From IMG/VR virus record IMGVR_UViG_3300042988_001938: a stretch of DNA of 64,000 nucleotides; one strand, given 5' to 3'. This stretch comes from an uncultured virus (IMG/VR IMGVR_UViG_3300042988_001938) (lineage: Duplodnaviria > Heunggongvirae > Uroviricota > Caudoviricetes). Below, piece after piece: positions 45,397 to 55,732 of this stretch (position 1 is the first letter of the stretch; every line of letters begins with the position of its first letter). Both the position numbers and the translations under genes were made by a program. Under the pieces are notes generated by a model that worked only from the letters and a program-made list of their open reading frames with translations, did no database searches and was not told the DNA's origin.

Positions 45397-46707
45397 ATGG
45401 AGGCAGAAGGTAAAATACCAGAAGGTGGAGGTGGAAGGAACCTATCACAAACAGCTAAGAGAAGTGCTAAGTACAGGAATCCAAAAGGCCCTGCAAAATA
45501 CTTTGCGCCCTATAAGAATATTAATTACATAATGGTAGGAGAAGACGTTGAGGCATCCGATGTAGATGTTCCAGTAGCACCTCTTCGTGATAAGCTTAAT
45601 TCTAAAATATGGACAGCCGATAACAAGCTTAAGCCAGAAGTTAGACAAGCGCTGATTGATATTGCCAATTCATACTTTGAGTCTATTGACCTTGACCTAA
45701 AACTTAAGGATATTTTGTTTACTGGAAGCTTGGCTAATTATGGTTGGACTAGCAGTAGTGACATCGACCTTCACCTTATTGTTGACTATACTGGATATGA
45801 TGATATTCCATTCCTTGAGGATTACCTTTATCTAAAGAAAAAGAAGTGGCTTGAGAATCATAAAATATCAATCTATGGATTTGAGGTTGAACCTTTTGCT
45901 AAAGATGAGGAAAAGCAACATGAATATAAGTCTATATACAGCGTTCTGAATGACGCTTGGGTCGTTGAGCCTAGAAAGGATAAGCCTACCATTGACTTCG
46001 AAACAGTAAAGGAAAAGACTGCCAGCTTAATGAATGACATCGACAGAATATTTGAAATTTCCAATACAGATAAAAGACATAGGGAAGCAAAAAAGCTAGG
46101 AGATAAAATTGGTGGACTTAGAAATATAGGACTTAGCCAGGAGGGTGAATATTCAAACGAAAACTTGATATACAAGACACTCAGAAAAGCAGGATACATT
46201 GATAAACTTGAAGATATTGAACATAAGGCGGTTGACCAAAAGCTATCACTAAATGAAGGGCTTAATCCTAGTAAGCTTATTAATCTTGGAGTAACCCCTA
46301 TGGTTCATACACTTGATGTTCAAAAGGGAATTGAAGGTATGACTCCAGAAAAAATTGAAGTCGTGAAGGATTTTATAAGCTTCGTATGTGGCAAACTTAA
46401 GATGGAGGAGCCAGTTCATGTATTTCTAAGAAAGGGAAGAGATGAGTACATCCAAACAACCGCATCTTACGTTCCAGGAGACAACACAAACCATATCAGA
46501 TGTGGTGGTAGAGCTCTTGTAGATATTTTAAGAAGTATAGCTCACGAGCTTGTGCACAACAGACAAAGAGAGTTGAATATGTTTAAGCCTGGAGAGGCTG
46601 TTCAGAACATAGGAGGGCACATAGAAGACCAAGCAAACAGTGTCGCTGGAGTTTTTATTAAGGACTTTACACACAACTATGGATTCGATGGAATCTATGA
46701 TTTTTAA
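45397..46707 (+). CDS. Pol-beta-superfamily nucleotidyltransferase fused to a C-terminal HExxH domain
   Basis: TGSLANY.W...SDIDLH; GEYS.ENL.YK.LR; LNE linker; IAHELVH..Q...E..AN. Confidence 0.8.
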   Translation: MEAEGKIPEGGGGRNLSQTAKRSAKYRNPKGPAKYFAPYKNINYIMVGEDVEASDVDVPVAPLRDKLNSKIWTADNKLKPEVRQALIDIANSYFESIDLDLKLKDILFTGSLANYGWTSSSDIDLHLIVDYTGYDDIPFLEDYLYLKKKKWLENHKISIYGFEVEPFAKDEEKQHEYKSIYSVLNDAWVVEPRKDKPTIDFETVKEKTASLMNDIDRIFEISNTDKRHREAKKLGDKIGGLRNIGLSQEGEYSNENLIYKTLRKAGYIDKLEDIEHKAVDQKLSLNEGLNPSKLINLGVTPMVHTLDVQKGIEGMTPEKIEVVKDFISFVCGKLKMEEPVHVFLRKGRDEYIQTTASYVPGDNTNHIRCGGRALVDILRSIAHELVHNRQRELNMFKPGEAVQNIGGHIEDQANSVAGVFIKDFTHNYGFDGIYDF

Positions 46708-46712
46708 AAAAT

Positions 46713-47048
46713 ATGAAAATAAATAACTTAAATGAGTTGAGAATGTTGATTAGGCGTGTGTTAAGTGAAGATTATGAGTTTAATATAGAGCCTGAATTAA
46801 ACATTGTTGGAGAAATTAATCCAAATGAAATAAGTGGAACAGTTCCTAAGGGAGCTCAATATGCCCACCTAAATCCGACTGAAAAATTTATTCAAAAATT
46901 CTATAAATTTGAAGAAGTTAAATTTAATGATGGAACTGTTAACAATATTCTAAAATATTGGGGTGAGCAAGGTGGGTGGCACCCTTCTGGGTACAACAGT
47001 AGCGAAAGAAAAAATTTAAAAGACGAAAAGTTTTTAAAAATAATCTAA
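46713..47048 (+). CDS. putative virion head-associated protein
   Basis: N-terminal ELRMLIRRVLSE. Confidence 0.6.
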   Translation: MKINNLNELRMLIRRVLSEDYEFNIEPELNIVGEINPNEISGTVPKGAQYAHLNPTEKFIQKFYKFEEVKFNDGTVNNILKYWGEQGGWHPSGYNSSERKNLKDEKFLKII

Positions 47049-47049
47049 A

Positions 47050-47919
47050 TCAAAAGAATTTCATTTGATTAGGTGATATTGTCTTATCTGGCTTATTAAT
47101 ACCAAATTTCTTCGCAACCTCTTTCATCTGAAAGTTAATCGAATTATTTCTATATGGCCCACTATCAGGAAGTCTTGGGTCAACGTAGAAGGTGTGGTCG
47201 AATAACCAATTTTCCTGAGCAATTCTAATGCACTCATGAGTTAGAACATCAGCGTCTTGAAGTCCAAATTGATTAACATGAAACAGGAGTGATGAGTATG
47301 GCTTGAGTTTTAAGTCTGGGTATCCACCAGGAACAGAGGCAGCAGCAAATCCAAGCTCAGACCTTCTCTTAAATGAATTGGAGTCCATGAATATGTCTAG
47401 CTCTTTTGAGCGTCTTACATCTGATAGAATGATGTTGTCGAATCCATTGGCATCAATCTCCATGGCCTTATTAATCCAATAATATGGACCATTTACCTCT
47501 CTAAGCTTTTCTCCATACCAAATGATATATGGACGTAGAATCTTTTTTAACTCAAGGTCTTCAGTAAAAAAGTCTATTCTGTCAACGGTAAAAGGTTTAT
47601 AGTTGACCAACGCTCCCTCTTCTATTAGTTTATGAACTTCTCTTTCTTCTCTTTCATTTATGTCCTTACAAACAACTTCCTTAAGGAATTTGTTCATCTC
47701 TCTCTTGATATTATCAGCAAATGCAACACGATGAAAACCATAATCATCAATAAATCTCTTTGCGATTGTGTCTTTACCAGATTTCCCATATCCACACAAT
47801 CCTATAAGCACCTTATTTTCTAATAGGTGTTCAAATATGTGGTTATGTTTTTCTTTTGTAATTAATTCCTGAGGAATTTCAATATCGAAGTTGTATTGAT
47901 GATTAAACATATATCTCAT
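47050..47919 (-). CDS. deoxynucleoside monophosphate kinase (T4 gp1-like)
   Basis: IGLCGYGKSGKDT, AFADNIK, R......GE..R, SDVR. Confidence 0.85.
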   Translation of the reverse strand: MRYMFNHQYNFDIEIPQELITKEKHNHIFEHLLENKVLIGLCGYGKSGKDTIAKRFIDDYGFHRVAFADNIKREMNKFLKEVVCKDINEREEREVHKLIEEGALVNYKPFTVDRIDFFTEDLELKKILRPYIIWYGEKLREVNGPYYWINKAMEIDANGFDNIILSDVRRSKELDIFMDSNSFKRRSELGFAAASVPGGYPDLKLKPYSSLLFHVNQFGLQDADVLTHECIRIAQENWLFDHTFYVDPRLPDSGPYRNNSINFQMKEVAKKFGINKPDKTISPNQMKFF

Positions 47920-47952
47920 TTTTATTTGGAGACAAATATACAGCTTTTTTTA

Positions 47953-49047
47953 TTAAATTGCAACAGGAGCTGGAATATGTGGATAAGGGTTATAATCAAG
48001 AACTTTAATATCCTTATATTGGAAGTCGAAGATATTCTTAATTTCTGGATTTAACCAAAGAGTTGGAAGCTTTGGACCATCATACAGACCAGTTGCTGGG
48101 TCACCATCAAAGAAATCATATATTTCACCTTCTTGATAGGTACCATCTTCTGGCTGTGGATTAAGCGTTCTTGAAAGGAATTCGTTTACCTGTTCCTTGT
48201 GATTTAGATAAAGATGTGCATCTCCAAATGTGTGGACAAACTTACCTGGTTTCATTCCAGTTACATGACATACCATGTGAAGTAATAGAGCATATGATGC
48301 AATATTGAATGGTACTCCAAGGAATGTGTCTGCAGAGCGCTGGTATAGCTGAAGTGATAACTCATATTTTGGAATTTTTTCGTCATTTAAAAACAAATCT
48401 ACATCATTTGTTTCCATATTATGAAAAGGCATATCAATAAATGGATTTTTATTATACCAGATTTTTTTTCTTTCCCATGATTCAAGTTTTCTTGATTGAA
48501 ATTGAAAGAATGCATGACAAGGGCGAAGTGCCATCGTATCAAGTTCTCCAACATTCCAAGCCGATACTATAAGTCCTCTATCAGTCGGGTTGAAATTTTT
48601 ATGACCTTCCGTTAGCTTGTCAATTATTATTTGAATTTGATTGATTCCGTTGAAGTGTTTGCCAGTAGAATTGGTTTCACCATTCCAATGTCCAGAAGAA
48701 AACCAACCACCCCAGTCAGTCCACTGAGTTCCATAGACAGGTCCAAGATTTCCCTCTTCATCAGCCCACTCGTCCCAAATGCGAACCTTGTTATCAACTA
48801 GATACTTTATGTTTGTCTGAGGGAGGTCCTTATATGCTTCAAGTTTCTTGTGATTACCAAGAAACCACAAGAGCTCATGAGTAACTCCAGGCATCCAGGT
48901 CTTCTTTAGGGTAAGAAGAGGAAATCCATCATCCATGTTGTACACACTCTGGTGTCCAAATATCTTTATTGTTCCAGTTCCAGTTCTATCATCTGATTCA
49001 GAACCTTCTCTGATTATTCTTGTAACTAAGTCTACGTATTGCTTCAT
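47953..49047 (-). CDS. thyA: thymidylate synthase
   Basis: [56 protein letters not shown]. Confidence 0.97.
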   Translation of the reverse strand: MKQYVDLVTRIIREGSESDDRTGTGTIKIFGHQSVYNMDDGFPLLTLKKTWMPGVTHELLWFLGNHKKLEAYKDLPQTNIKYLVDNKVRIWDEWADEEGNLGPVYGTQWTDWGGWFSSGHWNGETNSTGKHFNGINQIQIIIDKLTEGHKNFNPTDRGLIVSAWNVGELDTMALRPCHAFFQFQSRKLESWERKKIWYNKNPFIDMPFHNMETNDVDLFLNDEKIPKYELSLQLYQRSADTFLGVPFNIASYALLLHMVCHVTGMKPGKFVHTFGDAHLYLNHKEQVNEFLSRTLNPQPEDGTYQEGEIYDFFDGDPATGLYDGPKLPTLWLNPEIKNIFDFQYKDIKVLDYNPYPHIPAPVAI

Positions 49048-49053
49048 AATGTG

Positions 49054-49899
49054 TTATTGAGGGAAATTTTTATGTACGCCACTGTAAGATACACCCATTG
49101 AATCCATGTACTCCATAATTATGGTTTTTTGAGCTTTTTTGATTTGTATGCCGTCAGCGGGTACTGCAGTTTCAAACTCAAGAGAACCATTTAAACTATT
49201 GTAATTCAAGCATAAGTAAATGTACTTAGATTCACTAGATGACGCTGTAATGTCATACGAAAGCAAAAGTACAAATTTTCCAGCAAATATTTCCTCAATC
49301 TTTTCAGATAATTTAATTTTTTTCAAGTGACTCTCCAGCTGCTCTCTGTCTGTAATTAAACTAACAAGCAGGGGTCCATTATAATCCTTAGCCTCTTCAA
49401 GAAATGTAAAAGCGCCAAGGAAGTCTTTAGGATTCCACTTAAAATCCTTTGAAAATACATTGCTATTAGGATTTGCCTTAATAGACTGGATTATCTTATC
49501 TTTTTCATCCTTAGATACACTGATTCTCTCCCAATCAGTCTTTGGTGGAACTAAGCCTCCATTATTAATTTTTCTACCAACTTCTTCAGCTACATATTGA
49601 GAGTATGAAATAGACTCTTCACTTAATTCTGGATTTTCAAACCTGTCTTTAACTCCAGAGGCGATTAAGGCCATTCTCCTAATCGTGTCTTTTCTTTTTT
49701 CTTGTTCTTCCTCGCTCTTGATGAAGTCAATTATTTCTTTCTTTGCCTTATCATCAAAAGTGTGGTCACTTATCTTGTTGATTTCTGGAATATCAAGGCC
49801 CAACTCATCCTTAAGCTCAAATAGGAGGTTATTGATGCTAACTATATACTCCCTAACCTTTTTTCTATCATAATTGTTATTAAACTGTCTCATTGCCAT
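49054..49899 (-). CDS. hypothetical protein
   Basis: 281-aa ORF. Confidence 0.8.
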   Translation of the reverse strand: MAMRQFNNNYDRKKVREYIVSINNLLFELKDELGLDIPEINKISDHTFDDKAKKEIIDFIKSEEEQEKRKDTIRRMALIASGVKDRFENPELSEESISYSQYVAEEVGRKINNGGLVPPKTDWERISVSKDEKDKIIQSIKANPNSNVFSKDFKWNPKDFLGAFTFLEEAKDYNGPLLVSLITDREQLESHLKKIKLSEKIEEIFAGKFVLLLSYDITASSSESKYIYLCLNYNSLNGSLEFETAVPADGIQIKKAQKTIIMEYMDSMGVSYSGVHKNFPQ

Positions 49900-49955
49900 G
49901 CGAAATTTGCTTTTCTATTTTTAGAAAAATAAAAAAAAATATTAATATTAACAAA

Positions 49956-51101
49956 TCAGTAGGAAGAAAAAAGTTTGAAGTATTCTTCTGTTGTTATATG
50001 AGAACCAAATGAGCTCTTTACGTGTGAAATTTGGGTATTGATATAGTCAACATCCTTCTTCATCTTTGCAGCACCCTCAAAGTCATCTGCCTCAGATAGG
50101 GAAACCATTCGTCTTGATAGGAATGAGTTTAATTCTTCCGCCTTTTGCTCAATATCAGAAATTGATATGAACTTTCTTGACTCCGCAATGCTCTCTATTT
50201 TAATTTTGTTTGATAGATTGATTAGGGTGTCAAAACCCATTCTATTTGTTTCAACAACAATCGCTTGATTTGGGGTTAGGAACTTTCTTATTTCAGCAAA
50301 CTTGTATGGATATTTTTTCTCTTGAATCATAACAGCTCCAGACTTTTCTACACTGGTCTGATACCTGAAGAATCCGCTATAGAGTATACCAACTTCCTTG
50401 AGTAGGTCTGATTGCTTCTTACAGCTGCTTAGGATGATGGAATTTGGCTTATTCGGGTCAAATACTCTCTCGAAGTCTGAAGATACTATTTTGATATAGT
50501 TTCTGTCATCGTAGTCGTCAGAATCTCTAAAGTCACCATTAAACCTGATAGATGGTTTTCCTTGGTGATTAAATGCCAACTCTAGGAATAGGTAAAAATA
50601 TAGTGTAACCTTTTCTCCAACTTCTGGCTCCCTGAATTTAAACTTGAACAGTTCTTTCTTTGATTCTATTAGCTTATTCTTAGTTTCAATTGTTAATTCT
50701 GGTAAATCATCAATATCATAAGAAAAATCAGTTATACCATTAACCGACTCTATGTTTTTGTGCGCCAGCTTATCAGCCTCTGCCTTGAGATTACTTAATT
50801 CTTTAATTATATCAACTTCCAACTTTCTGCTATATTTTAATCCAAATTCTTCAAGCAGCTTCTTTATCTCATTTTGAGAGGATTCCTCTATTGAGTTGTT
50901 AGATGATTCGAATTGAAGTGGTGCCGTTTCTGTATATCCAAATTTTTCTATTACGTCCTTTATGTCTTTGTATTCATCATTTTCAGATAATTCGATACTC
51001 TTCTTACCTCTTCCAGACTTAGATATGAATATCATATTTCTACTACCATTTGAAAAGGGGTTAGGTATTATACAGAAGTTAAGTTTTAAGCGTTTCTTCA
51101 T
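49956..51101 (-). CDS. hypothetical protein with C-terminal UVR-like motif
   Basis: DDFEGAAKMKK; CTATTTATA upstream. Confidence 0.8.
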   Translation of the reverse strand: MKKRLKLNFCIIPNPFSNGSRNMIFISKSGRGKKSIELSENDEYKDIKDVIEKFGYTETAPLQFESSNNSIEESSQNEIKKLLEEFGLKYSRKLEVDIIKELSNLKAEADKLAHKNIESVNGITDFSYDIDDLPELTIETKNKLIESKKELFKFKFREPEVGEKVTLYFYLFLELAFNHQGKPSIRFNGDFRDSDDYDDRNYIKIVSSDFERVFDPNKPNSIILSSCKKQSDLLKEVGILYSGFFRYQTSVEKSGAVMIQEKKYPYKFAEIRKFLTPNQAIVVETNRMGFDTLINLSNKIKIESIAESRKFISISDIEQKAEELNSFLSRRMVSLSEADDFEGAAKMKKDVDYINTQISHVKSSFGSHITTEEYFKLFSSY

Positions 51102-51135
51102 AAAAGATTTTTTTTATAAATAGTTTAGGAAAATA

Positions 51136-51729
51136 TTGACATATTTATTGAAATATGATATTAATAAAATGTCAAAATTTAAAGTTAAAAAAGGCAAAAA
51201 ATTCTTCTGGGGACCAAGAGGTTGGATAATCGAGAGGAATAGAAATGGATTCTTAGCAAAAGCGTTCTTCCACCATAACTGCATCTACAGACTAACTGAA
51301 AACTACGACCAGATAAACAAGCTAACTGGACAATCATTTAGACTTTTTCCATTCTATGATAAAGTGGAAAGAAAGATAAAACCAGGTCATCATAAGGATA
51401 GTGTTAGATTTGGATGGAGGTGCCTAGATGGTGAAAACATAGAACTTCTTGCATATGTCTACATAAGCGGTGAGAGAAAAAGCAAAACCCTGCTCTCAAT
51501 AAAAACTGGTGAGTGGGCTCACTTAAAGTTCACAGAGACGGACAGCTTCTACACATTCAGAGTATTGGATGAAAACGGGGAATCGGCTATTGCAAAATTC
51601 AAAAAGGATACTACTAAAAAGGGTTTTCTTGGACTATTTATAAGTAGATTATATCCATACTTTGGAGGTAAAAAATCAGCTCCACACAATATGGAAATAG
51701 AGTTACTACACATAAAAAATGAAAGATGA
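51136..51729 (+). CDS. hypothetical protein (start probably MSKFK, ~51169)
   Basis: INKL.G, S.RFGWR, YFGG...APH motifs. Confidence 0.75.
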   Translation: MTYLLKYDINKMSKFKVKKGKKFFWGPRGWIIERNRNGFLAKAFFHHNCIYRLTENYDQINKLTGQSFRLFPFYDKVERKIKPGHHKDSVRFGWRCLDGENIELLAYVYISGERKSKTLLSIKTGEWAHLKFTETDSFYTFRVLDENGESAIAKFKKDTTKKGFLGLFISRLYPYFGGKKSAPHNMEIELLHIKNER

Positions 51730-51983
51730 TGAATAATCTAACAGAAGAAGATATAAGAGATATTGTAAGAGAAATGCTAGTCTCTGGAGAGTTAAGTGAG
51801 TATGATGCTCTATATCACAAGGAAAAGGAGTGGAAACAAGAATCAAGAGAACTTAGAACATTGCTTGTAGCCTTACTCAAGAATATTGAGAACGATGACT
51901 ACAAGGAAGGTGTCAGCAAAATTGATGATGTTGTTCACAAGCTACAAACTTGGAAAAGAAAAATTGAAAAATTCTTAAACTAA
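51726..51983 (+). CDS. putative virion head-associated protein
   Basis: LTEEDIRDIVREML...LSE. Confidence 0.6.
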   Translation: MMNNLTEEDIRDIVREMLVSGELSEYDALYHKEKEWKQESRELRTLLVALLKNIENDDYKEGVSKIDDVVHKLQTWKRKIEKFLN

Positions 51984-51988
51984 TAGTC

Positions 51989-52093
51989 ATGGAAGATAAC
52001 GTTTGTTCTTGCGGCTGTGAGTCATGTGAATCATGCTCTTGCCAAACTTGCTCATGCGAAGGTTGCGATTGCAATCAGTCAGCTGAGGATTGA
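51989..52093 (+). CDS. metallothionein-like micro-protein (34 aa, 10 Cys; not in track)
   Basis: MEDNVCSCGCESCESCSCQTCSCEGCDCNQSAED. Confidence 0.65.
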   Translation: MEDNVCSCGCESCESCSCQTCSCEGCDCNQSAED

Positions 52094-52986
52094 GTCTTAA
52101 ATGAAATAAGCTCTGGTCTACTCTTGAGAATATAGTTCCAATTAGAATCATCGAGCTTTGAAAAATTACAGTGAGCCAGAAATATTTCTGGCTTTTCTAT
52201 TAATAGAATTTCCCAGCCAAGAGGACTAATTGAGTCAACACCTCTATCCAGTATTAAGTGAGATAGGTCTGGAGAGTCAAACATACAACAAAGCTTTATT
52301 GAATAGTAGATGTCTCCGCTCATGAACTTTGAATAATTACAATACTTAAGCATCTCAGGCCTAACCTCAAGCAGGTTAATCCAATCAATGTTTGTAAGAG
52401 TTGAAATATCGAGTATATCAAGGTCTCTTTCCCCAGTGTTAACTAATATATCTGAAACCTGATAACCTTTTAAAGATTTGTAATTTACGTTCTCCAGAAT
52501 ATTTCTGTCAAAATTATAAGCCTTAACTATGTTCATTGATTCCCTGAAGTTGAAGTTATGCTTAGAAAGGTCTATTTTATCAAGGAAATAAATACTACCG
52601 AATGAGAGCAGCATAGCCGCATCAACAGTGTCTACTTCATTAAGGTCTATTGGGAAGAACTCTATAAACTCTGGCCTTCTCATAAAGAGGAAGTTCAAGT
52701 CCTTAACTCTGTATTCATAATGTTGAAGACTCTTCTTTATTTTTTCCAGGTCATTGACATTCTGGTCTATACATCTAATTAATATCCTGATAAGTTTCAT
52801 TTTATCAAGTCTATCCCATCTGATTATATCCCTAACCCTTTCATTATCAGCAACAACTCTATCTGGAATTGATTCATAATCCACTACTCTTGAGATATGT
52901 CTAAGCACTGAGAGCGGTAGTGTCTCCCAGTGATTGCAAAGCATATCAGATAAAAATGCATTTGTAGATATTGATATTACGTCCAT
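52075..52986 (-). CDS. hypothetical protein with degenerate W..LL..RP repeats
   Basis: DWINLLEVRP, GWEILLIEKP, NWNYILKSRP. Confidence 0.8.
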   Translation of the reverse strand: MDVISISTNAFLSDMLCNHWETLPLSVLRHISRVVDYESIPDRVVADNERVRDIIRWDRLDKMKLIRILIRCIDQNVNDLEKIKKSLQHYEYRVKDLNFLFMRRPEFIEFFPIDLNEVDTVDAAMLLSFGSIYFLDKIDLSKHNFNFRESMNIVKAYNFDRNILENVNYKSLKGYQVSDILVNTGERDLDILDISTLTNIDWINLLEVRPEMLKYCNYSKFMSGDIYYSIKLCCMFDSPDLSHLILDRGVDSISPLGWEILLIEKPEIFLAHCNFSKLDDSNWNYILKSRPELISFKTQSSAD

Positions 52987-53099
52987 TTGTTGATTTTAGA
53001 AGCTTAATTACTTACATTTTATAATGTATAAGATACTCAGTAATGAGTCAAACATAAATAATAAAATAAAAATTAGTACATATTTAAAGAGAACAAGTT

Positions 53100-53420
53100 A
53101 TGGAAGAAGGTAAGCAACAAGTTTCTATAGAAATGGCCGATATGATTGGTAAGACCTATTTTAAAGTGGCTACATGGTTTAATCAAGACTTTAATGAAGG
53201 CAAAGAAAGGCAAGATGCTCTAAAACATGTTTGTGCGGAAATCGTTCAACAAATCCTTGAAGATACATTTCTTCAAATTGACGGGATTGGAGCATATGAA
53301 GCAAAAACAGTTAAGAATTCTGAAGTTCCAGAAAGACCAATTAATCAAACATCTACAGGCACTGGCAAGATAATCAACATTAGTGAAGACGTGTTTACTA
53401 GAGCTCTAAGAGGAAAATAA
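53100..53420 (+). CDS. hypothetical protein
   Basis: ORF track. Confidence 0.7.
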   Translation: MEEGKQQVSIEMADMIGKTYFKVATWFNQDFNEGKERQDALKHVCAEIVQQILEDTFLQIDGIGAYEAKTVKNSEVPERPINQTSTGTGKIINISEDVFTRALRGK

Positions 53421-53427
53421 AAATACA

Positions 53428-54267
53428 ATGAATAAGTTTTTTCAATTTTTAACCAACCCAAAGAATGCCAGAATGATTATTCTGGCTGGGTTTATTATTT
53501 TAGTTCTATTACTTTTGCATCAGTGCAATAGAAGTAAAGGTCTCAAGAATGAGCTTGAGAAGCAAAAAACAGAGGCTCAGAGAGCTCAAAATAACTATGA
53601 GGCATCAAAGGGCTCTATCAGACAATATAAGCTTGATGATAGTACCTGGAGAGCTGAGAAGCTAGGATATGAATTAACTCTCGATGAGCTCAAGGGTAAG
53701 TATGCAGACTTACTTGGAGATTTTGAGGTGGAGAAAAATAAACCACCAAAGGTCGTAATCAAAACAATCGTAGAGATAAAAGAAGTAATAAGAGAAGTTC
53801 CAGTATTGGTTGAAATTGATGAGAACGGTGGCACCAATCTTGTTTTCAGAGATAGCACAAGACATAATACCAATAACTACAGAGTAATAGATGGAAGGAT
53901 TCCATACAAGATAGTGTTCAGCGAAAAGGATTCTACATACAATCTTGTTCCAGGAAATGCAACACTTGGTCTTGAGCTTGGTATGAACTTAAATCTTGGA
54001 CTATTCCAGGATAAGAAAACAAAAAAGGTGAGCATTGTAGCTGATACAGACTATCCAGGAATAACATTTACAAAACTAGAAGGTGCGAGCATAATGGATG
54101 ACCCTAAGAATAAACAAGCTCTTAGAAGCATGAGGAAAACATGGGGTCTTGGATTGAACTTGGGATATGGCGCAGTTGTCAATCCTTCATCTGGTTCAGT
54201 TAATCTTGGGCCTTACTTTGGACTCGGATTAAGCTATAACCCAAAATTTTTACAGTGGGGTAAATAA
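53428..54267 (+). CDS. membrane-anchored coiled-coil protein, possible spanin
   Basis: N-terminal TM, coiled coil, C-terminal amphipathic beta-hairpin WGLGLNLGYG...YFGLGLSY. Confidence 0.55.
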   Translation: MNKFFQFLTNPKNARMIILAGFIILVLLLLHQCNRSKGLKNELEKQKTEAQRAQNNYEASKGSIRQYKLDDSTWRAEKLGYELTLDELKGKYADLLGDFEVEKNKPPKVVIKTIVEIKEVIREVPVLVEIDENGGTNLVFRDSTRHNTNNYRVIDGRIPYKIVFSEKDSTYNLVPGNATLGLELGMNLNLGLFQDKKTKKVSIVADTDYPGITFTKLEGASIMDDPKNKQALRSMRKTWGLGLNLGYGAVVNPSSGSVNLGPYFGLGLSYNPKFLQWGK

Positions 54268-54303
54268 AAAAGCTTTTTTGAAGGTATTTATAGTAAAAGA
54301 ACA

Positions 54304-54855
54304 ATGGCTGCAAAAGATAACATAAAGGGTGGACTTGCTGATAAAATATCTGCTGAGGATATTGCAAAGAAACATGATGTAAGCCTAAAGAGTATAGAAG
54401 CCCAAATTAAGATGGGTGAGAAGGTCGAGATGGAGCATGTTGACGATAAAAAGTTAGCAAGAGAAATAGCTCTTGACCACTTATTTGAAATACCTGATTA
54501 CTATTCAAGACTTGATAAAATGGAAAAAGAAGCAAAAAAAGAAAACATCACTGAGTTTGCAAGAAGGATGAGAGAGCTTGCTGGTCTTTCTGAGAATACT
54601 CAAAAAAAGACAATTAGCACAATTCAGGAAGGAAAACTTCCAGGAGAGCTAGATGATAATGGAATGCCTATTCCAGCTGTTTGTCCAGCTCATCTAATGG
54701 GTGTTGAGATTAATGAATCTGAAGAAAAGGAATTTGAAACTCATAAATTTGAACAGAAGACAATAGAAGAAGCTAAAGAAGATGGCGAGCTTTACAGCCT
54801 TAATGAAAACACTATAATTGTTCTCGACTTCTTGGATGATGAGGATGAAAAATAA
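54304..54855 (+). CDS. DUF5661-like phage protein, probably virion-associated
   Basis: G.KVEMEH...IALDHL.E.PDYY.RL; RMRELAGLSE. Confidence 0.7.
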   Translation: MAAKDNIKGGLADKISAEDIAKKHDVSLKSIEAQIKMGEKVEMEHVDDKKLAREIALDHLFEIPDYYSRLDKMEKEAKKENITEFARRMRELAGLSENTQKKTISTIQEGKLPGELDDNGMPIPAVCPAHLMGVEINESEEKEFETHKFEQKTIEEAKEDGELYSLNENTIIVLDFLDDEDEK

Positions 54856-54941
54856 AGATACCTTGGGACAATAACGGACCCATCCTTTTAGGACCGTTAT
54901 AGTTACAAAAAAGAGGCCTTCGCTGGGCCTCTTTTATTTTT

Positions 54942-55187
54942 TTAGTACTCTGAGTAATCTTCTTCGTTTTCAGCCCCCATATAAGGTCCCTGTGGCGCTT
55001 GTGGCGCTTGTTGTGGAATATTCGCCTGTTGTTCTTGAGCACTCTTTGCTTGATTTTGCAGAGAGTTTAAATAAGAGATAGCTAAATAAATATAGTGACT
55101 CTCCTCAAGAGAATATACACCCCCCTTATTGTGTGCGATGTTTACGGCTGAAATTAGTGTGTTTAACGCTTCTGCTACTGAATTCAT
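54942..55187 (-). CDS. hypothetical protein
   Basis: Convergent with 54304..54855 on a bidirectional terminator at about 54907-54941. Confidence 0.7.
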   Translation of the reverse strand: MNSVAEALNTLISAVNIAHNKGGVYSLEESHYIYLAISYLNSLQNQAKSAQEQQANIPQQAPQAPQGPYMGAENEEDYSEY

Positions 55188-55254
55188 AATTACAAATTTT
55201 GGTTTATTCTAAATATAGAAAAATGAAAATTTAAAGTAAATGATTTTAATAAAA

Positions 55255-55719
55255 TTATCCAGCAGCCTCTACAGAAACATCACCAGCACCTCCTTGATGG
55301 AATGATTTAAAATACCATCTGCTACCATCAGATATGAATTCAACCTGGTCAAAAAGTTTTGCAGTAGCTGCAGCAAAAACTAATTTAGAAAATGAAGAAT
55401 AACTTTTGATGCCATTATCAGAAGTATGAGAAAAACCTCCAAGAGAATCTGTTGTAGGGCCCAATCTTATTGCAACACCAGAACCAGCGTTAACACTTAT
55501 TACAAATGTGTATCTAAATCCAACTGCAGAAGATGGAGAAGGTAAATTGTAAGTTACGTTATTGCTAGGATTAGATGGGTTTATGTTAATTATTGACTCA
55601 TTAGGATAAGCGGTAGTAGTCATATTCCTAACAATAGCGCCATCATTATTGTTTTCAGAAAAAATAAGGCTCTTTGTAAAAGCCTTATTATCTGTGTCAT
55701 TAAAATTTAATCCACTCAT
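55255..55719 (-). CDS. tail-fibre-associated / structural protein
   Basis: LP.P....G.RYTF, D.VE..SDG..WY fold shared with the fibre C-terminus. Confidence 0.6.
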   Translation of the reverse strand: MSGLNFNDTDNKAFTKSLIFSENNNDGAIVRNMTTTAYPNESIININPSNPSNNVTYNLPSPSSAVGFRYTFVISVNAGSGVAIRLGPTTDSLGGFSHTSDNGIKSYSSFSKLVFAAATAKLFDQVEFISDGSRWYFKSFHQGGAGDVSVEAAG

Positions 55720-55732
55720 ATTTTATTAGTTT

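Noticed and set aside
47953..49047. Intron or intein in thyA (longer than typical)
   Set aside because: The frame is continuous and the extra length comes from short in-frame insertions without intein motifs.
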